Source: Akkermansiaceae bacterium | GTDB taxonomy: Bacteria; Verrucomicrobiota; Verrucomicrobiia; Verrucomicrobiales; Akkermansiaceae | Length of the DNA: 64,000 bases | Reading direction: 5' to 3' | Assembly (NCBI GenBank): GCA_051251915.1 | Contig: JBPOGF010000008.1 | Span: 32,001-96,000 of the forward strand | Part shown: positions 48,189 through 56,991 of the stretch, one piece after another | Layout of the letters: each line of letters opens with the position of its first letter | Position numbering within the stretch: the first letter of the stretch is position 1 | Program-made: the position numbers and the translations under genes | The notes under the pieces: generated by a model | Told to the model about the DNA's origin: nothing | The model's database searches: none | What the model saw: the letters and a program-made list of their open reading frames with translations, nothing else

Positions 48189-49994
48189 TTAGCTTCCTAA
48201 TTGAGTTTCCGCGAGCAATTTGTAAGTCCCATTGTGAGACATCAACTCATCATGATTCCCACTCTCCACTATTCTTCCATGCTGAAGAACCAAGATCCTA
48301 TCCGCATCTCTCACAGTGCTAAGCCTATGAGCAATAATAATAGACGTTCTCCCCTGCATCAACGTATCTAACGCAGATTGCACCAACCTCTCACTCTCAG
48401 AATCCAGCGCACTAGTCGCCTCATCTAACAACAAGATCTTAGGATCCGCCAAGATCGCCCTAGCAATAGCCACACGCTGACGCTGACCACCACTAAGCTT
48501 AATCCCTCGAGGCCCAACAGTAGTATCATAACCACTCTCAAACTCCTCAATAAAATCATGCGCATTCGCCTGCTTTGCCGCCTCAATGATCTCCTCCCTG
48601 CTAGAACCAGGCTTACCATAAGCTATGTTCTCCTCAATACTCCCACCGAAAAGCAAAACCTCCTGCGGTACCACTGCAATAGAACTACGCAAATTCTTAA
48701 GACCTATCTCAGAAATAGGCTTACCATCAAACTTCAAATCCCCCTCATACCCCTGATAAAAACCTAACAGAAGTGAAAACACAGTAGACTTACCGCCGCC
48801 ACTTGGTCCCACCAAAGCAACCCGCTCACCAGTATTCACCTCAAAATCCACCCCCTTCAGCACCTGACCCTCAGGCCTAGAAGGATAAGCAAAACTTAAC
48901 CCCTGAGCAGAAATACTGCCCACCAAAGCACTCTCAGAATCTGATGCATAATTTAGCTCCATATCCTCATCGATCAGATCCCTAATCCGCTCCGTCGCCC
49001 CAGAAGTAATCTGCAACTGACTCATAATCTCCGGCACAGAACCAAGTGATGCCGCCACAAACACACTAAATAAAATGAACCTCACATAATTCTCAATATC
49101 AATCTCCCCATTCGCCAACATCTGCGCCCCATACCAAACAATAAATGCCACCGTGCTAAACAACACCAAAATGATAAAACTAATAAATGCAGCCCTTGCC
49201 TTCGCCCCATCTATCGTGATGTTCAAGAACTTCGTCAGCGCCGTATCATAACGCTTCTCCTCATACTCCTCATTACAAAATGCCTTCGTATCATAGATCC
49301 CCATGATCGTCTCCTCCACCACAATATTCGTATCAGCCAGCGCATCCTGAGTCGCCTTAGAATAACTCTTAATCTTCTTACCAAACACCGCAATCGCCAA
49401 CACCACCACCGGCACACTCCCCAACATGATCAAAGACAATTTCCAAGAACATATAAAAATCACCACCAAACCACCAATCAACGTCACAATCATACGCCCA
49501 AACTTAGGAACAGTCGTAATCAACGTCTCCCGCATAATAGAAAGATCCCCCGCAATCCGTGAACTCAGCTCACCAGAACGCTTTTCAGTCAAATAATTCA
49601 TCGGCAACCTCACCATCCTGCTAAACAACGACCGCCTAATCTCATTCAGCGCACCCTCACCAGACTTAATAAACCCACGAACCCTCCAATAAGTAATAAA
49701 TGACTGCAACAAAAGAGCCCCGATCAACCAAAGCACAATCACATTCACATTTGCAATAATATCAGCCTTACTCGCAGCCGCACCAGCATCGCCGCCACCT
49801 GCCATCATAGACTTACCTATCAGCTTAGAAAGGAAATACGGGAAAGCCAGAGACAGTGCCGCAGTCGTATAAAGAGCAAAAAGAGAAGGCACAAAAATAT
49901 GCTTATATCGATCCATGTAACCATAGAGCCCCATAGCATCCTTAAGGCTTTTTCCCGCCTTGCCCTTCTGTTTTTTACGTTCCTCAGCTGACAT
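48189..49994 (-). CDS. ABCB/MsbA-like fused permease-ATPase exporter
   Basis: TM domain plus F.YPSRP, GPSGGGKS, LSGGQRQR, LLLDEATSALD, IAHRLST. Confidence 0.93.
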   Translation of the reverse strand: MSAEERKKQKGKAGKSLKDAMGLYGYMDRYKHIFVPSLFALYTTAALSLAFPYFLSKLIGKSMMAGGGDAGAAASKADIIANVNVIVLWLIGALLLQSFITYWRVRGFIKSGEGALNEIRRSLFSRMVRLPMNYLTEKRSGELSSRIAGDLSIMRETLITTVPKFGRMIVTLIGGLVVIFICSWKLSLIMLGSVPVVVLAIAVFGKKIKSYSKATQDALADTNIVVEETIMGIYDTKAFCNEEYEEKRYDTALTKFLNITIDGAKARAAFISFIILVLFSTVAFIVWYGAQMLANGEIDIENYVRFILFSVFVAASLGSVPEIMSQLQITSGATERIRDLIDEDMELNYASDSESALVGSISAQGLSFAYPSRPEGQVLKGVDFEVNTGERVALVGPSGGGKSTVFSLLLGFYQGYEGDLKFDGKPISEIGLKNLRSSIAVVPQEVLLFGGSIEENIAYGKPGSSREEIIEAAKQANAHDFIEEFESGYDTTVGPRGIKLSGGQRQRVAIARAILADPKILLLDEATSALDSESERLVQSALDTLMQGRTSIIIAHRLSTVRDADRILVLQHGRIVESGNHDELMSHNGTYKLLAETQLGS

Positions 49995-50166
49995 ACCTAT
50001 TGGCTACGTGATTTACCCCATATTGTAAAGCCAAGTCCACCAAGAATCTGCACAAGCTCTTTCCCGAGAGAGATAGCACTTCCCCCTACTAGAAATATTC
50101 AATACTCAGTAATCAATAATCAATTTCCTACTTGCCACGCACCTACAGACAAGCTAACTCCTGCGC

Positions 50167-50592
50167 ATGGCAAATGAAACCACACTTATCCTTTTAAAGC
50201 CTGATTGCGTTCAAAAAAACCTTTCAGGAGACGTCCTCGGCAGATTCCAAGACAAAGGCCTCACCATTCGTGGCATCAAAATGATGACACTTAGCAATGA
50301 GCTTCTCACTAAGCACTACTCACACGTAGCAGACAAACCTTTCTTCCCTGAAATCGTCGCATTTATGCAGCAAACACCAGTAGTAGCACTCGCTCTCGAA
50401 GGTGAAAACGCTATCGCAGTCGTTCGTGACCTCCTCGGACCTACAAACTCCGCAGAAGCACCAGCAGGAACCATCCGCGGCGACCTCGGCGAAGACATGA
50501 TGGTCAACGTCTGTCACGCATCAGACGGCCCAGAAGCAGCAGCAGACGAGCTAAAAAGATTCTTCGCAGACGGCGAAATCTTCGCTTACTAA
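50167..50592 (+). CDS. ndk: Nucleoside diphosphate kinase
   Basis: KPD, HY.H..DKPFF, G.TN..EA..GTIRGD, N.CHASD. Confidence 0.96.
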   Translation: MANETTLILLKPDCVQKNLSGDVLGRFQDKGLTIRGIKMMTLSNELLTKHYSHVADKPFFPEIVAFMQQTPVVALALEGENAIAVVRDLLGPTNSAEAPAGTIRGDLGEDMMVNVCHASDGPEAAADELKRFFADGEIFAY

Positions 50593-50616
50593 GCCACCCC
50601 ATCCATTCTAAATACG

Positions 50617-50648
50617 AAAGCACGTCCCCTAACCGGAACGTGCTTTTT
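50617..50648 (+). terminator. Intrinsic terminator after ndk
   Basis: AAAGCACGT ... ACGTGCTTTTT. Confidence 0.78.
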
Positions 50649-50671
50649 CGTGTTAAATAACACACCTAAAT

Positions 50672-50902
50672 TCACTCATTATCTCCCTTATTGGATAGCA
50701 CCCTCAAGACAAACGCTATCAATAACATCCCCAGAATCACCAACACCGGCCCCACATGAGAGATAATCATACCACTATACCAGTTCTGAAGAGCCTTCGC
50801 ATTAACAGGCTGCGCAAAATTCGTAAAACTATTCAAAAACAAATTCCCCAACAAATACAACGACACCAACAACATCCCACAAATAATCAAATTAGCTTTC
50901 AT
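50672..50902 (-). CDS. Small hypothetical membrane protein
   Basis: Two TM helices; ATGA overlap with the upstream gene. Confidence 0.55.
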   Translation of the reverse strand: MKANLIICGMLLVSLYLLGNLFLNSFTNFAQPVNAKALQNWYSGMIISHVGPVLVILGMLLIAFVLRVLSNKGDNE

Positions 50903-51501
50903 TTCTCCTTACCCTCATGCCCTTCTCTTGGTTTTGGCCTAGCCCCTGGATGCGCGTTATAAAAACGTTCGAGTTCCTTCTTAGGTATTGGCATCAGACT
51001 AGTAAAAATTCCATTAAGCTCAGCTGTAGTATCTAACCAACCTGCTCCATCTTGATAGCTAAAAGAAAAATTACCACACACCCAACAAAATGTTCCCTCG
51101 TGAAGCAATACATCACCAGAATAGACCCTAATCCCATGAATTGGGTAATGGCATAAAGCTCCCCCCATTTGCTCAGGCTTTGCGATTTGATCCCCTAATG
51201 CAACCAAGAGCTTCTTTCGATCTTCACCTCCCACCACTTTAGTGCTCAGTATTTCAGTAGTCTTGTCATAAGGCGCAACCATGATTCTCTTTTCACTATT
51301 TCCCTCTGGCCCGTTATCTTCACTAGTAAATACATCAAAGGACACCAGATAAACCTCCACACGATCCGCCTTCTTAATCAACTCAGCATGACCCACACGA
51401 TATTTTGCCTCTATCTTTTCACGCTCTTCATAAGATACCTCCTCAGCATAAGACACTAGCTGAGCAACAAGACCAAGTACAGCGAGACACAAGCATTTCA
51501 T
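50899..51501 (-). CDS. Secreted hypothetical protein with CHYPIHG...CWVC motif
   Basis: Signal peptide; -10 TACAGT 6 nt before ATG. Confidence 0.7.
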   Translation of the reverse strand: MKCLCLAVLGLVAQLVSYAEEVSYEEREKIEAKYRVGHAELIKKADRVEVYLVSFDVFTSEDNGPEGNSEKRIMVAPYDKTTEILSTKVVGGEDRKKLLVALGDQIAKPEQMGGALCHYPIHGIRVYSGDVLLHEGTFCWVCGNFSFSYQDGAGWLDTTAELNGIFTSLMPIPKKELERFYNAHPGARPKPREGHEGKEK

Positions 51502-51549
51502 AGTTTCACTGTAGTTAGTCGTTTCTCGGACATCCAGTCAAAAGCCATC

Positions 51550-52170
51550 CTAATCTCTCTCCCTCAAAAACTCCAAAGCAGACTCAACCGCCCCCCTAAC
51601 TTCCTCATCAGGATCGTCCTCCAACCCAGCAAGCACAGCCTCAGCTTCTTCCGTAAACTGATTCACTATCGCCCGCATACAAGCTATCCGCGTCATATGA
51701 AATAACTCCGTATCCACCACTCCCTGAATCACATACCCCTTCGATAACGGATTCTCAATTCGCATCAAGACATCACCTGCCTTCCAAGAAAGCTCCCCGC
51801 CGCCAGTATTCAAAAGCAATCCACCTAACAAATGAATAAAATCATCTGACACCTCGTAATAATCTTCCTCTTCCTCCAACAACAGAATCAAAGCATACAG
51901 ATAATCCGCAAGCCAACTAGTTCCCCGCGAATCATCCCTACCAATCTGCGCAATCAACGGCTCAATAAACCTCGCATCACTAATCTCCCCAAGCAGCGAA
52001 GCGAAGCCATTAGTATTCTCGATCTCATCTGGCTCACAAATAACATCACAAAGAGCAAAGATCACCCCATCGTCAACATCACGCCCATCTTCAGCCAACT
52101 CCCTAATAGCTGCATTCCGCGTCTCTATATTCGTGATTTTCTCTGGAGTCATTGATACATTCTCTATCAT
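51550..52170 (-). CDS. Acidic HEAT-repeat-like protein
   Basis: LLGEI.D.R.IEPLI and L.DDPDEEVR.A repeats. Confidence 0.65.
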   Translation of the reverse strand: MIENVSMTPEKITNIETRNAAIRELAEDGRDVDDGVIFALCDVICEPDEIENTNGFASLLGEISDARFIEPLIAQIGRDDSRGTSWLADYLYALILLLEEEEDYYEVSDDFIHLLGGLLLNTGGGELSWKAGDVLMRIENPLSKGYVIQGVVDTELFHMTRIACMRAIVNQFTEEAEAVLAGLEDDPDEEVRGAVESALEFLRERD

Positions 52171-52192
52171 TCAGATCCTTACTACCTACTTC

Positions 52193-53428
52193 CTACAAAT
52201 CCTCAGGCTTGCTCAACAACTCAGCAACCCTATTCAACAGCCTCCCTGCATCACCACCATCAATCACCCTATGATCAAAAGTCAACGCAAGCTCAGCCTC
52301 AGTCACAGGAATGAAAGCATTCACCTGATCCGACCAAACCGGCTTCTTCACCCCAGCACTGATGCCAAGAATAAGAGTCTCATTAGGCAAGGGAATCGGC
52401 GTCCCCCAAGTAAGCCCAAAGGTTCCAAAATTCGTCACAGTAGCGATCCCCCCCTTAGTAGCAGCCTCAGGAAGCCTACGTGCCCTAGACTGATCTACAA
52501 GCTCCGCATATTCTGCACTAAGCGCACTAACAGATTTAGTATCCACCTGACGGATCACCGGAACCATTACCCCATCCTCAACCTGAACTGCACAACCAAT
52601 GTCAAAACTTCTAGGATGAACAATCTTCTCCCCAATCAGGAAACCCGCAGCCGATGGAAATTCCGCCAACGCCAGAGCAAATGCCCTCAACACATATAGC
52701 GTAAGACCAGGCTTAGGATTCTGCGCTCGACGGTGATCTAACAACTTATCCATGATCACCGGATGCCCAACAGTTGCAAGCGGACGAGTCCAAGACCTCC
52801 GCATAGCATCAGCCACCGCAAGCCGCATCGGCGATGCCGGTGAAGCAGGCCACTCACTAATATACTCCAAAAATCCTTCCAAATCCTCCACCGTCACACG
52901 GCCCCCACCACCACTTCCAGCAATCGCAGAAATATCAGCAGCACGAAGCCCAAGCTCATTCATCCTAGCCCGCATCCTCGGCGAAATATAATGCGCCCCA
53001 GATTTCCCAGCTGGCACAGGAAGCCCCTGAACCGTTGGTGAAACATTCTTAGGCTCAAAATAACCACCGTCCTCAGTCTTAAAATGCAAGTTCGCCTCGT
53101 CTTCCTCACCCTGCCTGTCCTGCTCCTCCACAGCATCACTAACCCCTTCTCGGACTGTAGAAACACCAGTGCGCTCTATCTCGTCCTCAGTCGCTTCAAC
53201 TGTCCCCAAGACACTGCCCACTGCATAGCTAGTCCCTTCCTCAGCAAGGATTTCCTTCACTACACCACCACATAGCGTAGTGATCCCCATGGTCGCCTTA
53301 TTGGTTTCCACTTCGATTATTTCCTGATCCACTTCCACCGTATCCCCTACGGCTACATTGAAACGGATAATAGTGGCCTCAGCGATGGATTCACCGAGCT
53401 GCGGCATGACGATTGGTATTCTTGGCAT
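52193..53428 (-). CDS. 2-oxoacid dehydrogenase E2 (dihydrolipoamide acyltransferase)
   Basis: MPQLGES, lipoyl motif VETNKA, PSBD GSG.GGRVT.ED, catalytic FDHRVIDG; start MPRIP at 53428. Confidence 0.92.
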   Translation of the reverse strand: MPRIPIVMPQLGESIAEATIIRFNVAVGDTVEVDQEIIEVETNKATMGITTLCGGVVKEILAEEGTSYAVGSVLGTVEATEDEIERTGVSTVREGVSDAVEEQDRQGEEDEANLHFKTEDGGYFEPKNVSPTVQGLPVPAGKSGAHYISPRMRARMNELGLRAADISAIAGSGGGGRVTVEDLEGFLEYISEWPASPASPMRLAVADAMRRSWTRPLATVGHPVIMDKLLDHRRAQNPKPGLTLYVLRAFALALAEFPSAAGFLIGEKIVHPRSFDIGCAVQVEDGVMVPVIRQVDTKSVSALSAEYAELVDQSRARRLPEAATKGGIATVTNFGTFGLTWGTPIPLPNETLILGISAGVKKPVWSDQVNAFIPVTEAELALTFDHRVIDGGDAGRLLNRVAELLSKPEDL

Positions 53429-53457
53429 GATTCTGTGAAGTGATTTTTTAGTAAATT

Positions 53458-54423
53458 TTAATAAGCCAGCAACTCCTTGAGCGCATGGCGGATAGATTCT
53501 GGTGTCGGTCGATGAGCCGCCCACAATTTAGGGTGATACGGAATGGGTGTGTCTTTCGCGTTCAAGCGCATAGGCGGAGCATCTAACAAATGAAAAGCTT
53601 CCTTCACCACACGCGCCACGATTTCTGCAGTAACACCACCCCAAGGAAAAGCTTCACCTACAGCCAATAACCTCCCAGTTCGAGCAACCGAAGCTATCAC
53701 TGTGTCCGTATCTAACGGCTTAACCGAACGCAGATCCACCACCTCTATTTCCCAGCCTTCAGCCTGTAACATCTCAGCAGCACGCACAGCTTCATGCACC
53801 ATCGCACTATAAGCCACAACAGTAGCATGCTTCCCAGCTCGAGTAATCCTAGCTTTTCCGATCGGAAGTCCGTCGCCATCATAGTTCTCACTCTTCAGCC
53901 AACGATAAAGAAATTTATGCTCACAATAAATCACCGGATCATCCATCGCTATCCCCTCTAACAACATATGATACGCATCCGAAACAGTCGCCGGCGTCAA
54001 CACGATACATCCCGGATAATGACTATAAATCGTCTCAATACTCTGACTATGAAATGGCCCAGAACCCGGAGTCCCCCCAGAAGGCATCCGAATAGTAAGC
54101 GGAATTGGCACCCCAGTCCTATAAAAATGTGTCGCCGCATTATTAACGATCTGATTAAACCCAACCGACGAGAAATCAGCAAACTGCATCTCCACTACCG
54201 GCCGCATCCCCTCAATAGCAGCTCCAATAGCCATCCCCACCATCGCATCCTCACTAATCGGTGAATCCATCACACGATCCGGCCACATTTCTTGAAGCCC
54301 TTTAGTGGCCTTAAACGCCCCCCCAAACTTCCCAATATCCTGTCCATACAGGAACACTCTTTCATCGGTTTCGAGCGCCTTATACTGGGCGTCTCTGATG
54401 GCATCTATGTAGGTAACTGACAT
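53458..54423 (-). CDS. 2-oxoacid dehydrogenase E1 beta subunit
   Basis: GQDIG.FGGAFKAT, DSPISE, EMQFADF, GPFHSQ, DLRS.KPLD. Confidence 0.93.
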   Translation of the reverse strand: MSVTYIDAIRDAQYKALETDERVFLYGQDIGKFGGAFKATKGLQEMWPDRVMDSPISEDAMVGMAIGAAIEGMRPVVEMQFADFSSVGFNQIVNNAATHFYRTGVPIPLTIRMPSGGTPGSGPFHSQSIETIYSHYPGCIVLTPATVSDAYHMLLEGIAMDDPVIYCEHKFLYRWLKSENYDGDGLPIGKARITRAGKHATVVAYSAMVHEAVRAAEMLQAEGWEIEVVDLRSVKPLDTDTVIASVARTGRLLAVGEAFPWGGVTAEIVARVVKEAFHLLDAPPMRLNAKDTPIPYHPKLWAAHRPTPESIRHALKELLAY

Positions 54424-54476
54424 ATAAAATTTTCTCTAACCTTAGTTCTTAACTCATTATTCTTACTAGAAACTGA

Positions 54477-55490
54477 TCACCAATCCCTAAAGCTCCCTCT
54501 CGACAGCGCACACCAGTCCTCTTTATACGGATCTGGCCCATCCTCTTTCTGGGCCGTAGTCACTGCCTGCTGAACTTCCAGCTTAGCCGCTTCCTCCCAT
54601 TCGCCTAGCTCTTCCTCTGTCAGCCAACCTTGTTCAATGAGTTGTTGCTTACCCACCTCCATACAGTCTCTTCCATAATGACTAGATCTAACGCCTTCTG
54701 GAATATAGGAACCGTCATCATGCTCACCATGCCCTCCTAAACGTAATAGTTTAGCTACCACCATCTGCGGACCTTCACCATTACGCGCTGAGTCCACTGC
54801 CTGGCCTATTACCGCCGCACAAGCCAACATATCTGTCCCGTCCACTGAATGCCCCGCTAGCCCGTATCCCTTCGCTCTATCTACTAAATCCTTACATGCA
54901 TATTGCTTGCTGTTCGGTGTGGAATAAGCAAATTGATTATCAGCCACTACCACCACAACAGGCAACCTCTCGACTGCTACATAATTCAAACCCTCATGAA
55001 ACGCCCCAGTAGAAGTCGCTCCATCACCAATGCACGTCGCACCCACACAGCCATCCAGCTTCCCTTGTATCTGCCGCGCCTTGAGCATCCCACCTAGCAC
55101 TGCTAGCGAAGTCCCTAAATGACTAATCATCGCCACCACCCCATCTTGAGGTCTTCCTCGGTGAATATTTCCATCGCGCGCCTTCATCGGCCCTTGTGCT
55201 GATCCTAAATACGTTCGAGTAGCATCCAGCATATCTTCGCCAAATGCCGTCCTACCAGCCTGGTCACGTATCAATGGAGCAAATAAATCTTTCCCCGGCA
55301 CTAACCTAGCACCCACAGAAGCACTCACAGCCTCCTGCCCTCGCCCTAAATAAACTCCCCCCACAATTTGGCCCGCCTTATAGAGAGAACTAAACTTCGC
55401 CTCTAGCAATCTGGCCCTGACCATGGCCTTATAGACTTTGCGTGCATGTTCTTTTGTTAGATCCATAGTTTGTGTCTTTGTCTCGCTCAT
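54477..55490 (-). CDS. 2-oxoacid dehydrogenase E1 alpha subunit (TPP-binding)
   Basis: GQEA, GDGATSTG.FHEGLN, DNQFAYSTP, RLGGHGEHD. Confidence 0.93.
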   Translation of the reverse strand: MSETKTQTMDLTKEHARKVYKAMVRARLLEAKFSSLYKAGQIVGGVYLGRGQEAVSASVGARLVPGKDLFAPLIRDQAGRTAFGEDMLDATRTYLGSAQGPMKARDGNIHRGRPQDGVVAMISHLGTSLAVLGGMLKARQIQGKLDGCVGATCIGDGATSTGAFHEGLNYVAVERLPVVVVVADNQFAYSTPNSKQYACKDLVDRAKGYGLAGHSVDGTDMLACAAVIGQAVDSARNGEGPQMVVAKLLRLGGHGEHDDGSYIPEGVRSSHYGRDCMEVGKQQLIEQGWLTEEELGEWEEAAKLEVQQAVTTAQKEDGPDPYKEDWCALSRGSFRDW

Positions 55491-55695
55491 TCTTAGCCCT
55501 CGGTTATCGAAAAACCAAGCTAGGAATAACGCTGACGAAACACTACTACTTTATTTTAGGCTACCGCAAACATTTTCCGCCACTATTAAAAATCGATTCA
55601 TACAAATAATATTTAGGAACAATTTATTATTGCATAGTGAACTCATTGTGAAGCATAACTCTTCCCACTTATTAAACTAAGTTCCCACATTCTTC

Positions 55696-56610
55696 ATGAA
55701 AGCAACACTTCTAGTACTAGCAGCAGGCATGGGTAGCCGATACGGCGGACTCAAACAAATGGACCCAATGGGTCCCAATGGCGAAAGCGTCCTAGATTAC
55801 TCCGTCTATGATGCCATCCGTGCAGGGTTCACCCGCGTGGTCTTTATTATTCGTAAGGACTTTGCAGATGACTTCAAGGCCCGCATGGACGGAAAATTTG
55901 CTGGCAAAATAGAGGTCGACTACTGCTACCAAGAACTCAACGACCTCCCTGAAGGCTACAAGCTCCCCGAGGGCAGAACCAAGCCATGGGGAACCACACA
56001 CGCTATTCTAGCTGCTAGAAATGTTATCGACTCACACTTCGCCGTAATCAATGCAGATGACTTCTACGGCAAAGATTCTTTCCAAAAAATCACGACCTAC
56101 TTCACCCAGTCTATCGCTAAGTCAGAGGAAAAAGCCCACTACTGCATGGTTGGCTACAAGCTTAGCAACACACTCTCAGATCACGGTGACGTAAACCGAG
56201 GAATCTGTAAGGACACCAATGGTTTCCTCGACACCGTAGAAGAACACACCGAAATACTTATCGAGAATGACGGAGTCTGCCGTGGAGAAAACCTCGCCGG
56301 TAAAAGGGTTGAAATTTCACCCTCCGCTATAGCTTCCATGAACTTCTGGGGATTCCCGGTTTCCCTAATGGAGCACCTTCAGAACCATTTCACCGAGTTC
56401 CTTAAACTTCGAGGTTCAGAAATGAAATCAGAGTGCTACCTCCCCACCGTAATCGATGAACTCATCACGGCAGAAAAAGCTGACTGTAACATTCTAAAAA
56501 CCTCCAGCTCCTGGTTCGGAGTCACCTACCCACAGGACAAAGACGCCTGCGTAGCTAGCATCAAAAAGCTTGTAGAAGCAGGAGAATATCCGGCTAGTCT
56601 TTGGGACTAA
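55696..56610 (+). CDS. Sugar-phosphate nucleotidyltransferase family protein
   Basis: LAAGMGSRYGGLKQ, R.KPWGT, VINADDFYG, SMNFWGF, WFGVTY. Confidence 0.88.
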   Translation: MKATLLVLAAGMGSRYGGLKQMDPMGPNGESVLDYSVYDAIRAGFTRVVFIIRKDFADDFKARMDGKFAGKIEVDYCYQELNDLPEGYKLPEGRTKPWGTTHAILAARNVIDSHFAVINADDFYGKDSFQKITTYFTQSIAKSEEKAHYCMVGYKLSNTLSDHGDVNRGICKDTNGFLDTVEEHTEILIENDGVCRGENLAGKRVEISPSAIASMNFWGFPVSLMEHLQNHFTEFLKLRGSEMKSECYLPTVIDELITAEKADCNILKTSSSWFGVTYPQDKDACVASIKKLVEAGEYPASLWD

Positions 56611-56645
56611 CCAGATTCTAATCCAGCTCTATTCAATGATTAAAT

Positions 56646-56978
56646 TTAGCCAGCGTTCACCCATAGAGCGCCCTGCTCCTCTTTCACCTCATACACCTTC
56701 AAGCTATACTGCTCATCCGTGAAGCATTGGCCACTGTCTAATGAGTAGCGATACTTATGCAATGGACAGATGACTATAGGAACTCCGTCCTGATCACCTA
56801 AGATCCCTCTGGAGAGCACCATGCGCTCATTCTGAGGATTAAAATTCTGCACAGCATACCATTTCTTCTCAGTAGGTAGATTGAAAACGGCAACTTGAGT
56901 ATCATTCACCTTCACGCAGCTACCAAAGTTCGCGGGAAATTCTGCTACTGAGCCAATTTGGGTCCAATTTGTGTTCAT
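56646..56978 (-). CDS. nirD: Nitrite reductase (NADH) small subunit, Rieske-like
   Basis: QVAVF, YA.QN..P....VLSRGILGD, CPLHK. Confidence 0.92.
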   Translation of the reverse strand: MNTNWTQIGSVAEFPANFGSCVKVNDTQVAVFNLPTEKKWYAVQNFNPQNERMVLSRGILGDQDGVPIVICPLHKYRYSLDSGQCFTDEQYSLKVYEVKEEQGALWVNAG

Positions 56979-56991
56979 ATAGTTAGTTGGT

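Noticed and set aside
52133..52699. 188-aa plus-strand ORF
   Set aside because: Antisense shadow of the E2 gene.
10430..54480. UGA readthrough (selenoprotein) candidates among TGA-ending ORFs, prompted by selA
   Set aside because: The TGA stops I checked (10430, 20299, 34909, 54477) end complete-looking proteins or are followed closely by another stop; redox motifs here use Cys (WCPYC).
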